A DNA stretch of 64,000 nt, taken from NCBI GenBank assembly GCA_963801815.1, contig CAWDGJ010000002.1:160001-224000 (forward strand), in the 5' to 3' direction. The stretch is from an uncultured Verrucomicrobiae bacterium (GTDB lineage Bacteria > Verrucomicrobiota > Verrucomicrobiia > Chthoniobacterales > UBA10450). Made by a program: the position numbers and the translations under genes. Each line of letters opens with the position of its first letter. Positions within the stretch are counted from its first letter, which is position 1. Under the pieces are notes generated by a model, which was given only the letters and a program-made list of their open reading frames with translations, had not been told where the DNA came from and ran no database searches. Positions 31,142 to 40,418 of this stretch are shown piece by piece.

Positions 31142-31801
31142 CTACTTTGCCGGCGGATCGCCGAAATGCGCTTTGTGCGTAACGTAGAACGCCGCGTCGT
31201 CAATCATGCTGGCGATTGTTGAGACAATCGGCTCCAGTCTTACAACACCTGAGAAAACCGCGCGGTCCCCGATATCCGTGTCCACGACGAACGTTGGTCG
31301 CTGCGTAACCTGCATCGCGTGAAATTCCGCGGTCGATTCACGGAGGCGCTTTTCCACGACCGGTGATCGCGCCGCATCGAACAACTTTTTCTTATCTAAC
31401 TTGCCTGCCTTTGCCCCAATCTCGGCGCAAACAGTCCAGTCGCCCACTTTTTTCCCCTCGCGCAGCGCCGCATAACTTAACGCGAGCCGGACGCGATCGT
31501 CGCTGATCCCAAAATCCTTGGCCGCTTCGGCAACCGCGTTTGGCGGCAACCACTCCTTCAGGCGCGCGTCGTACCAGTCGGTGTTAAGCATGAAGGGCGA
31601 GCGCATCAACATCCCGCTGCGGCGATAAAACCATTGCTCCTGCTCGCGCGACGTTGGCAGACCGCTCGGGTCCATCAACGCGATTTTCCACTGAAAGGCA
31701 ACGTGACCGTCGTAACGCCTTTTCAATTCGGCCCAGGTCGGCTCGGACCAAAAGCACCAGGATGAAACAACATCGAGATAATCGGTAACGGTGATTCTCA
31801 T
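31142..31801 (-). CDS. DsbA/FrnE-like thioredoxin-fold protein (SxxC)
   Basis: DYLDVVSSWCFW and the cis-Pro-like TQRPTFVV motif. Confidence 0.75.
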   Translation of the reverse strand: MRITVTDYLDVVSSWCFWSEPTWAELKRRYDGHVAFQWKIALMDPSGLPTSREQEQWFYRRSGMLMRSPFMLNTDWYDARLKEWLPPNAVAEAAKDFGISDDRVRLALSYAALREGKKVGDWTVCAEIGAKAGKLDKKKLFDAARSPVVEKRLRESTAEFHAMQVTQRPTFVVDTDIGDRAVFSGVVRLEPIVSTIASMIDDAAFYVTHKAHFGDPPAK

Positions 31802-31818
31802 GCTCGAATGTGAAAGGC

Positions 31819-31901
31819 GTTATAAAAGTTACAAGGTTAAACGGAGAAGCGAAGGAGAATGACACGGAAGTTGTAACGATGTAACACTCTTAACTCTTAA
31901 C
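31819..31901. repeat. Short GTTA/TAAC-array inverted repeat
   Basis: gttataaaagttacaaggttaaa ... tgtaacgatgtaacactcttaactcttaac in a divergent intergenic gap. Confidence 0.5.
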
Positions 31902-31908
31902 CAACACC

Positions 31909-32907
31909 GTGGACCTGAATCATTTTTTTCTTTTCATCGCGGTGGTTTCGCCACTGGTCGTGCTCGCGAGTGCATGGCGGCCCGGTGGAATTTTTCGCGG
32001 CTGGCGCGTGGCCGCCATCATCGTTCTCGCGATCACCGGAGTCAGCTGGCTTTTTGCACGGAGGATGGCCGGCTATGTCGGAGGTGGTGCGTGGTTCGTT
32101 CTCTTGTTCTTGCCGGCAGTCGGTTTGCGCAAAGCTTCGCAGCTGGCCGAACAAGGCCGCTATGAATCGGCGGCACGGTTAACGGCGCTGCTTCAGTGGT
32201 TGCATCCGACCGTGCAAGTACGCGAACAAATCAGAGTTTTCCGGACGTTTGCCTCGCGGTGGCACGGTGGCGCACCGGCCCAACCCGAGACCTCGTGGAA
32301 GTCGGTGCTCTATCAGCGAGTGAGAGAATCGCCCATCGTCTTTCTCTTCATTCTCATCAACCTTGCCGTGTTCTACGTCGAGTTGCGCAGGAACGCTTTC
32401 AACTATCCAGGCGTGATGCGTCGACTCGGCGCTTTGGATTACGCGGAGGTTATCGGCGAAGGCGAATTTTGGCGCCTGCTGACCGCATTATTTCTTCATT
32501 ACGGCTGGACCCATCTCATCTTTAATCTTTTTGCGCTTTATGTGCTCGGGCCGCCGCTCGAACGAGCGATCGGTTCCATCCGGTTTGCGGTCGCTTACCT
32601 GGTTTCCGGCATCGGATCCACCGGCGGCGTGATCGCGCTCACCTTATTAGGAGTCGTACGGAAGGCGGAATTAGTCGGCGCATCGGGCAGCATTATGGGA
32701 ATTGTCGGAGCGTCGGCGGGATTCCTTGTTCGTCATCGTCATGTTGGGCAGGCGAAACAACGATTGCTTAACATTTTGATGATCATTGTGATTCAGGTCG
32801 TGTTCGACATTTCCACTCCGCAAGTCAGTACTTCCGCACATTTGTGCGGCCTGGTGAGCGGGTTTCTTCTCGGGCTTTACCTTGCTCCACCGAAGGCAGT
32901 TATCTAG
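31909..32907 (+). CDS. Rhomboid intramembrane serine protease
   Basis: WRLLTALFLH, HLIFN, GASG, AHLCG. Confidence 0.92.
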   Translation: MDLNHFFLFIAVVSPLVVLASAWRPGGIFRGWRVAAIIVLAITGVSWLFARRMAGYVGGGAWFVLLFLPAVGLRKASQLAEQGRYESAARLTALLQWLHPTVQVREQIRVFRTFASRWHGGAPAQPETSWKSVLYQRVRESPIVFLFILINLAVFYVELRRNAFNYPGVMRRLGALDYAEVIGEGEFWRLLTALFLHYGWTHLIFNLFALYVLGPPLERAIGSIRFAVAYLVSGIGSTGGVIALTLLGVVRKAELVGASGSIMGIVGASAGFLVRHRHVGQAKQRLLNILMIIVIQVVFDISTPQVSTSAHLCGLVSGFLLGLYLAPPKAVI

Positions 32908-32996
32908 GGGAAAAATTGGCGCGGCTTATGCACTAGAGGTTCGAGAAACTTGCCGACTGAAGAATTCTTCGCCACCTTCTCACTTCGCTGCCGCCC

Positions 32997-35549
32997 ATGC
33001 CAACGTTCCAAATCTATAATGTAATTCCCACACTTCCGGCTGCGCTCGAGCCACTGCGAGAAATCACTTTCAATCTTTGGTGGACCTGGGAACCAGCAGC
33101 CCGGCGACTCTTCCGTCACCTCGATCCCGATCTTTGGGACCGGACCAATCATAATCCGGTGCGGATGTTGCAGCTTTCGCGGCAGGCGCGGCTCGAGGAA
33201 CTCGCGCAGGACAAAAACTTTCTCCGCGACCTTAAACAGCTGCACGACGCATTCCGAAATTATCTCGCGCGTCAGGACAGTTACGGAAAAACGGGCGCGG
33301 CTGCCGCGATCAAGAGACCGATCGCGTATTTTTCGGCCGAGTTTGGTTTTCACGAATCGATTCCCAATTATTCCGGCGGCCTGGGCATTCTTGCCGGTGA
33401 TCATTGCAAGTCCGCAAGCGATCTCGACTTAAACTTCGTCGCGGTGGGGCTGTTGTATCGCCACGGTTATTTCCGGCAGGAAATCGACAAGGACGGCGCG
33501 CAACAAGCGATCAGTCTCAATCAGAATTTTCATCATCTGCCCATTCGCGAAGTGCAACGTGACGGCACGAACCTTCTCATCTCCGCTCGCATTTTGGACC
33601 GCGACGTGTTCGCAAAGGTTTGGCAATTGCAGGTTGGTCGGATCAATCTATATCTGCTCGATACCGATATTCCGGAAAACAACGCCGAAGATCGTCTGAT
33701 CACTGCCGAGCTCTACGGCGGCGATCAGGAAATGCGGATGCGGCAGGAGATCATGCTTGGCATTGGCGGGGTTCGAACATTGAGCGCGCTCGGGATCGAT
33801 CCGGAAGTGTTTCACATGAACGAAGGCCACTCGGCATTTCTTGCGCTCGAACGGATTCGTCGAAACGTCGCCGACAAGAAACTCGATTTTTACTCCGCGC
33901 TCCAAATCGTGGCATCGGCCAACGTGTTCACGACCCACACGCCGGTGCCGGCCGGAAACGATTCGTTTCCACGCGACATGATGCGCAAATACTTTGGCGA
34001 CTTCGCCAAGGAAATCGGCATCCCGTTCGATGAGCTTTTCTCGTTCGGTCAAACTCGGGTCGATCGGTCGGACCCGTTCAGTATGACGATCCTCGCGTTG
34101 CGAATGAGTCGTCATTCCAATGGCGTGAGCAAGTTGCACGGCGACGTCAGCCGCTCGCTTTGGAAGGATGTTTGGAATGGTGTTCCGGTGCACGAAGTCC
34201 CGATCACCAGCGTGACCAACGGAATTCACACAAAAACCTGGATGGCGCCTGAGTTCTCCGCGCTTTATCGAAAATATCTCGGCGAATGGGAGGAACACAT
34301 CGCCGAGCCGGATTTTTGGCGCCGCGTCATGGATATTCCGGACGCCCAACTCTGGGACACGCACCAACAATTGAAACGTCGCCTGGTTGAATTTGTCCGG
34401 GAGCGCGTGCGCCTGCGACGTCAGCGCATCGGCGACTCACCCGAAGCGATTCGCAATGTGAACCGGATTCTCGATCCAGAGGTTCTCACGATCGGGTTCG
34501 CGAGACGCTTCGCCACCTACAAACGGGGCGCGCTTTTGTTTAGCGATAAGGAGCGACTGAAGCGCTTGCTGAACGATACCACGCGGCCAGTTCAATTCAT
34601 TTTCGCCGGCAAAGCACATCCGCGAGACGAAGGTGGTCGCGCATTGATCCAGCAGGTCTACAAATTCAGTTGCGAAGCCGGATTCGAAAATCGCGTGGTT
34701 TTCTTGGAAGATTACGACAGCTACATCGCGCGACGCCTTGTGCAAGGCGTCGATCTTTGGCTGAACACTCCGTTAAGGCCGATGGAAGCAAGCGGGACCA
34801 GCGGAATGAAATGCTGTCCGAATGGTGGAATTAACCTCAGCGTGCTTGACGGATGGTGGCTTGAGGCTTTCAACGGAAACAACGGTTGGGCGATTGCGCC
34901 AGAGATCAAGGACGGGACGGTTGAGTTTCAAAGCGAAGTCGATACCAACAGCCTTTATCAGTTGCTCGAAAACCAGATCATTCCGCTTTATTACGCGAAG
35001 CCGGACGGCAAACTTCCGCTGGCCTGGCTGCAATTGATGCGCGAATCGATCCGCAGCGTCACGCCGATCTTCAATACGCATCGCATGGTGAAGGATTACA
35101 CCGAGCGTCTTTATATTCCTGCCGCACGATCGCACGGGAATTTTTCGAACAACGGCTGCGAACCGGCAACTCATTTGAGTCAGTGGAAATCGCACATGCG
35201 AAAAGTTTGGCCACAAGTCCGGATCTACGACGTGCAGGTCGGCAACAAAGATCGACAAAACATTTTGGTCGGCGAATCACTTCAAGTCAGCGCCCACGTC
35301 AATCTCGGCGACGTCGATCCGAGCCACGTCCGCGTGGAGGCCTATCATGGCGAAGCCGAGAACGGCGGAATCAAGAATCCGTCGGTAACAGTCTTGAATC
35401 CGAGCGGCCGCAACGGCGACGGCAGTTACGTTTATCAAGGCTCCGTGCCCGCTTCGGAAAGCGGGGCCTATGGATTCAGTGTCCGTGTCGTCCCAACGCA
35501 TCCCAATATGATGCAAGGGCATGAGCTGCGCTTGATCACCTGGTCGTAG
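32997..35549 (+). CDS. glgP: Alpha-glucan (glycogen) phosphorylase
   Basis: YSGGLGILAGD, HMNEGH, GFARRFATYKR, EASGTSGMK. Confidence 0.96.
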   Translation: MPTFQIYNVIPTLPAALEPLREITFNLWWTWEPAARRLFRHLDPDLWDRTNHNPVRMLQLSRQARLEELAQDKNFLRDLKQLHDAFRNYLARQDSYGKTGAAAAIKRPIAYFSAEFGFHESIPNYSGGLGILAGDHCKSASDLDLNFVAVGLLYRHGYFRQEIDKDGAQQAISLNQNFHHLPIREVQRDGTNLLISARILDRDVFAKVWQLQVGRINLYLLDTDIPENNAEDRLITAELYGGDQEMRMRQEIMLGIGGVRTLSALGIDPEVFHMNEGHSAFLALERIRRNVADKKLDFYSALQIVASANVFTTHTPVPAGNDSFPRDMMRKYFGDFAKEIGIPFDELFSFGQTRVDRSDPFSMTILALRMSRHSNGVSKLHGDVSRSLWKDVWNGVPVHEVPITSVTNGIHTKTWMAPEFSALYRKYLGEWEEHIAEPDFWRRVMDIPDAQLWDTHQQLKRRLVEFVRERVRLRRQRIGDSPEAIRNVNRILDPEVLTIGFARRFATYKRGALLFSDKERLKRLLNDTTRPVQFIFAGKAHPRDEGGRALIQQVYKFSCEAGFENRVVFLEDYDSYIARRLVQGVDLWLNTPLRPMEASGTSGMKCCPNGGINLSVLDGWWLEAFNGNNGWAIAPEIKDGTVEFQSEVDTNSLYQLLENQIIPLYYAKPDGKLPLAWLQLMRESIRSVTPIFNTHRMVKDYTERLYIPAARSHGNFSNNGCEPATHLSQWKSHMRKVWPQVRIYDVQVGNKDRQNILVGESLQVSAHVNLGDVDPSHVRVEAYHGEAENGGIKNPSVTVLNPSGRNGDGSYVYQGSVPASESGAYGFSVRVVPTHPNMMQGHELRLITWS

Positions 35550-35595
35550 TCCGACCTCAATTCCCGCCTCTGACGACCCATGCGTCAGAATTTTA

Positions 35596-35895
35596 TTACC
35601 GCACTTTGTCGAACTCCATCACGACGTCACGATCATCAAAGCGGACATGCGTCGATGAAGCGAAATGAAAAACGGTGCGGCCAGAGCGAATTTCCTTAAC
35701 CGCGAAACGCACTTCGCGATCGTGGATTTTGAAGGTCAGGGTCAAGGCCATTTTGCGGAAGCTCGCATCCATCGTCTTGATCCACTCCTTAAACCGCTCC
35801 GCAGTGAAAGTTCCCATATCCCGCAATAAAACAGTGTGGACAAGGTGCCGGATAACCTCGCGCTGACCCTTTGTTGCTGAATGCAAGCCCTTCAT
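35596..35895 (-). CDS. Hypothetical protein (99 aa)
   Basis: Clean ORF with globular composition filling the gap between glgP and dop. Confidence 0.55.
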   Translation of the reverse strand: MKGLHSATKGQREVIRHLVHTVLLRDMGTFTAERFKEWIKTMDASFRKMALTLTFKIHDREVRFAVKEIRSGRTVFHFASSTHVRFDDRDVVMEFDKVR

Positions 35896-35997
35896 AAATG
35901 AGGAGTTTCGAGCACGAAGGATGCCGCGGGAATTTCAGAAAATGGTAAAAAGTGTCTAACATGAACGAACAAGCCGGAAGCCTTTTGTTAAGAGCAC

Positions 35998-36119
35998 TTT
36001 CATTTAACACCGCGCTTCAGCGCGGTGGGTCTGACCAAATGTGAATGGTAAAGCCGTTTAAACGGCTTACACCTGTCGAGCCCGACCACCGGCGGCCGGA
36101 AAGGCGGGTGTCAATCAAA
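35998..36119. repeat. Three-hairpin palindromic element downstream of dop
   Basis: tttaacACCGCGCttcaGCGCGGT; AAGCCGTTTAAACGGCTT; degenerate inverted end cacc...ggtgtcaat. Confidence 0.6.
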
Positions 36120-37643
36120 TCAATCGATTGCGCTGAGGGCGCGCATGAATTCGGAGAAATCCTTGCCGTTGCGGGCGGCTTGGTTTAGCGCTTCGAGCCG
36201 TGCGTCGGCGAACGCTTCGGGAAGCCCGACCCGGCGCGAGAGCGCGCCGTTGGCGAAGACCAGCTCGTCCCATTGAATCGACGCGATTTGATCGTTGAAT
36301 CGGGCAACCGATCGACCGCGAAAGAATGCGCGTGTCGTCTCCGGCGGAGTGAAAATCGCGGTCTTGATTTCGTCCTCTTTCACAAGCCGCCGAATCGATC
36401 CCTGGCGCGCGAGTTCGTAATACAAACCCGATTCAAGATCGACATTATGATATTCGAGATCGATCGATTGGAGCCAGGGATCGCTCCAGGAAAGTTTTTC
36501 CTCTTCCTGCAATGCATTGAGCAAAAACTTCTTCGCCGCCCAATCAATCCGGTCGCGCGTCGTCATCACGTCCCGCTCGAGATCGTTCAGAACATTTTCC
36601 CACTCCTGCAAAATCCATTGCCGATCCTCGTCCGGACCTTCCTGTTCCAACTTCATGGCCGCGCGAAGATAAATTCGTTGCACTTCAATTGCGGAAATCT
36701 TACGGCCGTCCTTGAGCTCGATGATCCAGTCGTAAGTTTGATCACGGCTGATCGATTTATTGGCGTCGATTGGTTGTGCAATTTCAAGCTGAGGCGCCCG
36801 ACCACGCTCGATCAAATCGAGAACAAGCCCGGTTGTTCCAATCTTGAGCGCGGTCGCCCATTCACTCATGTTCGAATCGCCGAGAATCACGTGAAACCGG
36901 CGATAGCGGCTGGCATCAACGTGCGGCTCGTCACGCGTATTAATGAGCGGACGGCGATTCATCGTGTCAATGCTGACCACGACACTGAAGAAATCCGCAC
37001 GCTGCGAAATTTGATAGACTCCCGGCTGTCCCGACGCGCTTTCAGCTTCAATGCCCATTTTTCCGGCGCCGGCAAAAATCTGGCGCGTGATTAGAAACGG
37101 GAGAATCGCGCCGACGATCCTGTCCCACGGCACTTCGCGCTTCATCAGATAATTGTCGTGGCAGCCGTAACTGTGACCGAAAAAATCAGTGTTGTTCTTG
37201 TAAAGGCGAACTTGTTGTCCGTTCGGCAAGTTCACATTTCTGCGGCGCGCGCATTCGGCCAGGATCCGTTCGCCGGCTTTGTCCTGCGCCACGATTTGTC
37301 GAATCGTTGTGCATTCCGGCGTCGAATATTCAGGATGGGCGTGATCGTTGTAAAAACGTGCGCCATTCGAAAGTACGAGATCGCTTTTGATTTCCTCGAA
37401 GCTCAGTGGCCGATTCTTGTCGATTTCGTAGTAAGCCGATTCATCCGTGTCCTGCATCAACGCCTTGGCCCGAAATCCGCGAGCATCGAGATGCGGGTCC
37501 TCAAGCTCGTAATCCCACTTCATGTGTGCGCCGTGGTCGGTGTACCGCCGCACCAGCTCGATTGATTCCGCCACAACGTCGACAGTCTCGGCGCCGTTGA
37601 CGGTGATGCCGTATTCCGTCTCGAGACCAAAGACGCGGTTCAT
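36120..37643 (-). CDS. dop: Depupylase/deamidase Dop (PafA2 family)
   Basis: GLETEYG, NGARFYNDHAHPEYSTPEC (Dop-type DHAHPE), KNNTD, SYGCHDNY, SQRADF, NTRDEPH, RRFHVILGD. Confidence 0.9.
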   Translation of the reverse strand: MNRVFGLETEYGITVNGAETVDVVAESIELVRRYTDHGAHMKWDYELEDPHLDARGFRAKALMQDTDESAYYEIDKNRPLSFEEIKSDLVLSNGARFYNDHAHPEYSTPECTTIRQIVAQDKAGERILAECARRRNVNLPNGQQVRLYKNNTDFFGHSYGCHDNYLMKREVPWDRIVGAILPFLITRQIFAGAGKMGIEAESASGQPGVYQISQRADFFSVVVSIDTMNRRPLINTRDEPHVDASRYRRFHVILGDSNMSEWATALKIGTTGLVLDLIERGRAPQLEIAQPIDANKSISRDQTYDWIIELKDGRKISAIEVQRIYLRAAMKLEQEGPDEDRQWILQEWENVLNDLERDVMTTRDRIDWAAKKFLLNALQEEEKLSWSDPWLQSIDLEYHNVDLESGLYYELARQGSIRRLVKEDEIKTAIFTPPETTRAFFRGRSVARFNDQIASIQWDELVFANGALSRRVGLPEAFADARLEALNQAARNGKDFSEFMRALSAID

Positions 37644-38161
37644 GTGAGCCCTACTTTTGTAGGGGAAGGCGCTAGCTTCCCATTCCTTCCCGTCTCTGTA
37701 GGGGAAGCTGTTAGCTTCCCGTCATTAATGAAATCTAGGTAGTACGGCCAATCCTCAGATCGCCGCACAAGACCTGCGCGGACGGGATTCTCCTGGACGT
37801 AAGTCCATTTACTTCCCAGGTCTTCGTCAGAGCGCAGCAGACGATCAAAACATCCTCGCTGCCACTTCCAGTCTTGCGAGCCGAGGCTCTTCCGCAGCAA
37901 TCGCTTAAAGGCCGCTGCAAAATCGCCGATCGACAGTTCGCGGTCTTCAATGGGCGACACGATCATGTGAGCATGGTCGGGCATTATGACTGCGGCCAAT
38001 ACCTCCCATCGGCGCAACTGCGCTATCGCCTTCTTAATCGCCTCAAGTGTATGTAAATTCGCCAACACAGGCGGCCGACCTTCGACGCAGAGCGTGACGA
38101 AATAAATGATCTCCTTATCATCCGGCAGGAAGATTTCAGATAATCGCGGCGGCTCAGCCAT
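37640..38161 (-). mobile_element. REP-associated tyrosine transposase (RAYT, Y1/HUH)
   Basis: YFVTLC, VIMPDHAH (HUH), WQRGCFDRLLR, YVQENPVRAGL, DWPY; flanked by GTAG REPs. Confidence 0.9.
37659..37720 (+). repeat. Two tandem GTAG REPs
   Basis: GTAGGGGAAGGCGCTAGCTTCCC (37659-37681) and GTAGGGGAAGCTGTTAGCTTCCC (37698-37720). Confidence 0.88.
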
Positions 38162-38168
38162 TTGAATC

Positions 38169-38191
38169 GGGAAGCTGGCAGCTTCCCCTAC
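38169..38191 (-). repeat. GTAG REP, inverted, upstream of RAYT
   Basis: Reverse complement GTAGGGGAAGCTGCCAGCTTCCC. Confidence 0.88.
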
Positions 38192-38194
38192 AGT

Positions 38195-39880
38195 TTAAAT
38201 GATCCCGGAACTCGCCTGGGCGGCCGAATCAACGATCGGCTTGACCGGCGCGATCTTGACCACGTTCTCAGGGTCGTAATCGATCAGTTTTAACCAATCC
38301 TCGGTGATATCGGTCGTCGGAAAGATATCGTTCTCCTCGTACTCGGCGTCGAACGCCAGGTGCAAATCCATTTCGCGAATCCCCTCCTCCTGTTGCGTTG
38401 CGATCACCCGCTTGATTGCCGTCGCTTTCGCGCGCTCGACGATCGACGCGATAATCGCGCCGCTAATGAGATCGCTCCGGTAAAGGATTTCTTTGCGACC
38501 ACTGCGAAGCGTGACTTCGAGAAACTTGTTTTCCTCCCGTCGCGTAAATTGCCAATCGACAAAGCGCTCGATCAGCTTGTCGACCGCTTCACCGATATGC
38601 TCCGCTTCTTTGGAAAAGGCGCCGTCGTAGGGCAAATCCGGCGTAAGATAAATCCGGTAGATGTCGCGGGCGCCGTCACGGTTCGGACGATTGACTTTGA
38701 TTTTGCGATCGATCCGGCCGGGCCGCAAAATCGCGGGATCGATCAAGTCTGCGCGGTTCGACGCGAGAATGATCACGACGTCGTTCAACGAATCGATACC
38801 GTCCATTTCCGAGCAAAACATCGGGACGAGCGTGGAAAGAATGTTTGAATAGCGCGACGCGCGGCGTGTTCCGAGAATCGATTCGGCTTCGTCGATGAAA
38901 AGGAAGGGCATGTAACCTTCCTTTCGTTTCTCGCGCGCCGTGGCAAAAATTTCACGCACCATGCGCTCCGATTCGCCGACCCACATGTTCAAAATCTCCG
39001 GGCCTTTTACGTGCATGAAGTATTCCTTCATCTCCGCACCGGTTTGTTCCCGAAGCTGCTTCGTAAGATTGTAGGCCGTCGCTTTGCCGATCAGCGTCTT
39101 TCCGCAACCCGGCGGACCGTAGAGCAAGAAACCCTTTGGCGTTGCATGCTGAAACTTTTTGAAAAGTTCGACATGCAGGAGCGGCAGCTCAATTGCGTCC
39201 TTGATCGCCTGCAATGCGTCCTCCTGGCCACCGACTTTCTCCCACGGAAGCTCAGGAACAACATCGAGATAATGTTCCTGCGATTTCGTGCTCGATAACA
39301 TTTCGAGCGCCATCCGGTAATTCGAATCCACGCGCACTTCATCGCCGGATTTCAAACTCGAACCGGCAAGATCGGCCGAACGCTGCAAGACCATCGATTG
39401 CGTCCCGTGTTCGGAACCGACGCGCAACCGGTCTTTGCCAAGGACTTCCGTAACTTTGGTCACTGGGCCGGCGGTCTCGAAGCCGAGATCCCCGACAATC
39501 ACGAACGCTTCGTTTACCAGAACGCGAGTTCCTTTCTTAAGTTTCGCGAGCGGAGTTCGGGGATCGACATTGCAGTAGTAATCTGCGCCACCCACGACGA
39601 TGTGCGCCGTGTCTTTGGAGGTTGGGCCTAAAAATGTGCCGATGCGATTGGCCGGTGAAGTGACCTTCTTGATCACCTCTTCCAGCTTTTCGATCATCTG
39701 CCGCGCTTCGCCGATCATTTGCGATTGATCGAACACCTGCGGACGCAGATCGAGCAGATCGCGCCGGAGTGGATCGCCCGGGGGCAGCGAAGCAATTACG
39801 CGGTCGAGTTTATCGAGCAACGGAAGGTTCGACGCGGGCTCGTCTACGTTTTCGAAATCTCTGCTACGTTCCTCGCTCAT
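38195..39880 (-). CDS. arc: Proteasome-associated AAA+ ATPase (ARC/Mpa family)
   Basis: Coiled-coil and OB region, GPPGCGKT, KGPEILNMWVGESER, FIDEAES, SNRADLIDPAILRPGRID, SGAIIASIVERAK; next to dop. Confidence 0.9.
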   Translation of the reverse strand: MSEERSRDFENVDEPASNLPLLDKLDRVIASLPPGDPLRRDLLDLRPQVFDQSQMIGEARQMIEKLEEVIKKVTSPANRIGTFLGPTSKDTAHIVVGGADYYCNVDPRTPLAKLKKGTRVLVNEAFVIVGDLGFETAGPVTKVTEVLGKDRLRVGSEHGTQSMVLQRSADLAGSSLKSGDEVRVDSNYRMALEMLSSTKSQEHYLDVVPELPWEKVGGQEDALQAIKDAIELPLLHVELFKKFQHATPKGFLLYGPPGCGKTLIGKATAYNLTKQLREQTGAEMKEYFMHVKGPEILNMWVGESERMVREIFATAREKRKEGYMPFLFIDEAESILGTRRASRYSNILSTLVPMFCSEMDGIDSLNDVVIILASNRADLIDPAILRPGRIDRKIKVNRPNRDGARDIYRIYLTPDLPYDGAFSKEAEHIGEAVDKLIERFVDWQFTRREENKFLEVTLRSGRKEILYRSDLISGAIIASIVERAKATAIKRVIATQQEEGIREMDLHLAFDAEYEENDIFPTTDITEDWLKLIDYDPENVVKIAPVKPIVDSAAQASSGII

Positions 39881-39996
39881 CTTAAAACCCCGTCCACACC
39901 CGAATGTCCGACGATTATATCTTTCTCGTCAAATCTTCGCAATCTTCGACGCCATAGCCCACAAAATGTTCAACCCTCGCCTACGGCGAAAGTTTC

Positions 39997-40125
39997 AAAT
40001 CCCAAAACCCAGGCTCCAGGCAGCACACAAAATACAAGCCCTAAAATACCAAGAAGTGCGGCCCAACTTTTTGAGCTTTCCGAGTTTAAATTTGCTTAGA
40101 ATTTGAAGCTTGGGATTTGGGATTT
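39997..40125. repeat. Heptamer-array inverted-repeat element (AAATCCC type)
   Basis: aaatcccaaaacccaggctcca versus the reverse complement of the right end, aaatcccaaatcccaagcttca. Confidence 0.7.
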
Positions 40126-40213
40126 CGACGAGCGGTTTTGCCACGCGGATACGTTTTCGTCCTGATCTCAGTTGCGGCATCTGCGCGTCAACTTTACACT
40201 GTGCGCTCGTCGA

Positions 40214-40287
40214 GGAGCCTTAGCTCAATTGGTTAGAGCGCCGCCCTGTCACGGCGGAGGTTGCGGGTTCGAGCCCCGTAGGCTCCG
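40214..40287 (+). tRNA. tRNA-Asp(GTC), CCA not encoded
   Basis: GGAGCCT/AGGCTCC acceptor stem, D arm GCTC..GAGC, anticodon loop ctGTCac, T arm gcggg TTCGAGC cccgt. Confidence 0.97.
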
Positions 40288-40418
40288 GGATTTTTGTATT
40301 ACAAAAAGTCATCTAACAAGGACAAGCTCGGCTAATTTATTCTTGTCGCAATAATTGCGCTGGGTTGACTCGAGTTGCTCGCGCAGCGGGGATGCGAGCT
40401 GGATCATCGACATGATAA

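Noticed and set aside
35596..35895. 99-aa ORF after dop as Pup/UBact
   Set aside because: It ends FDKVR rather than GGE/GGQ/GE, looks globular rather than disordered, and is separated from dop by a hairpin element.
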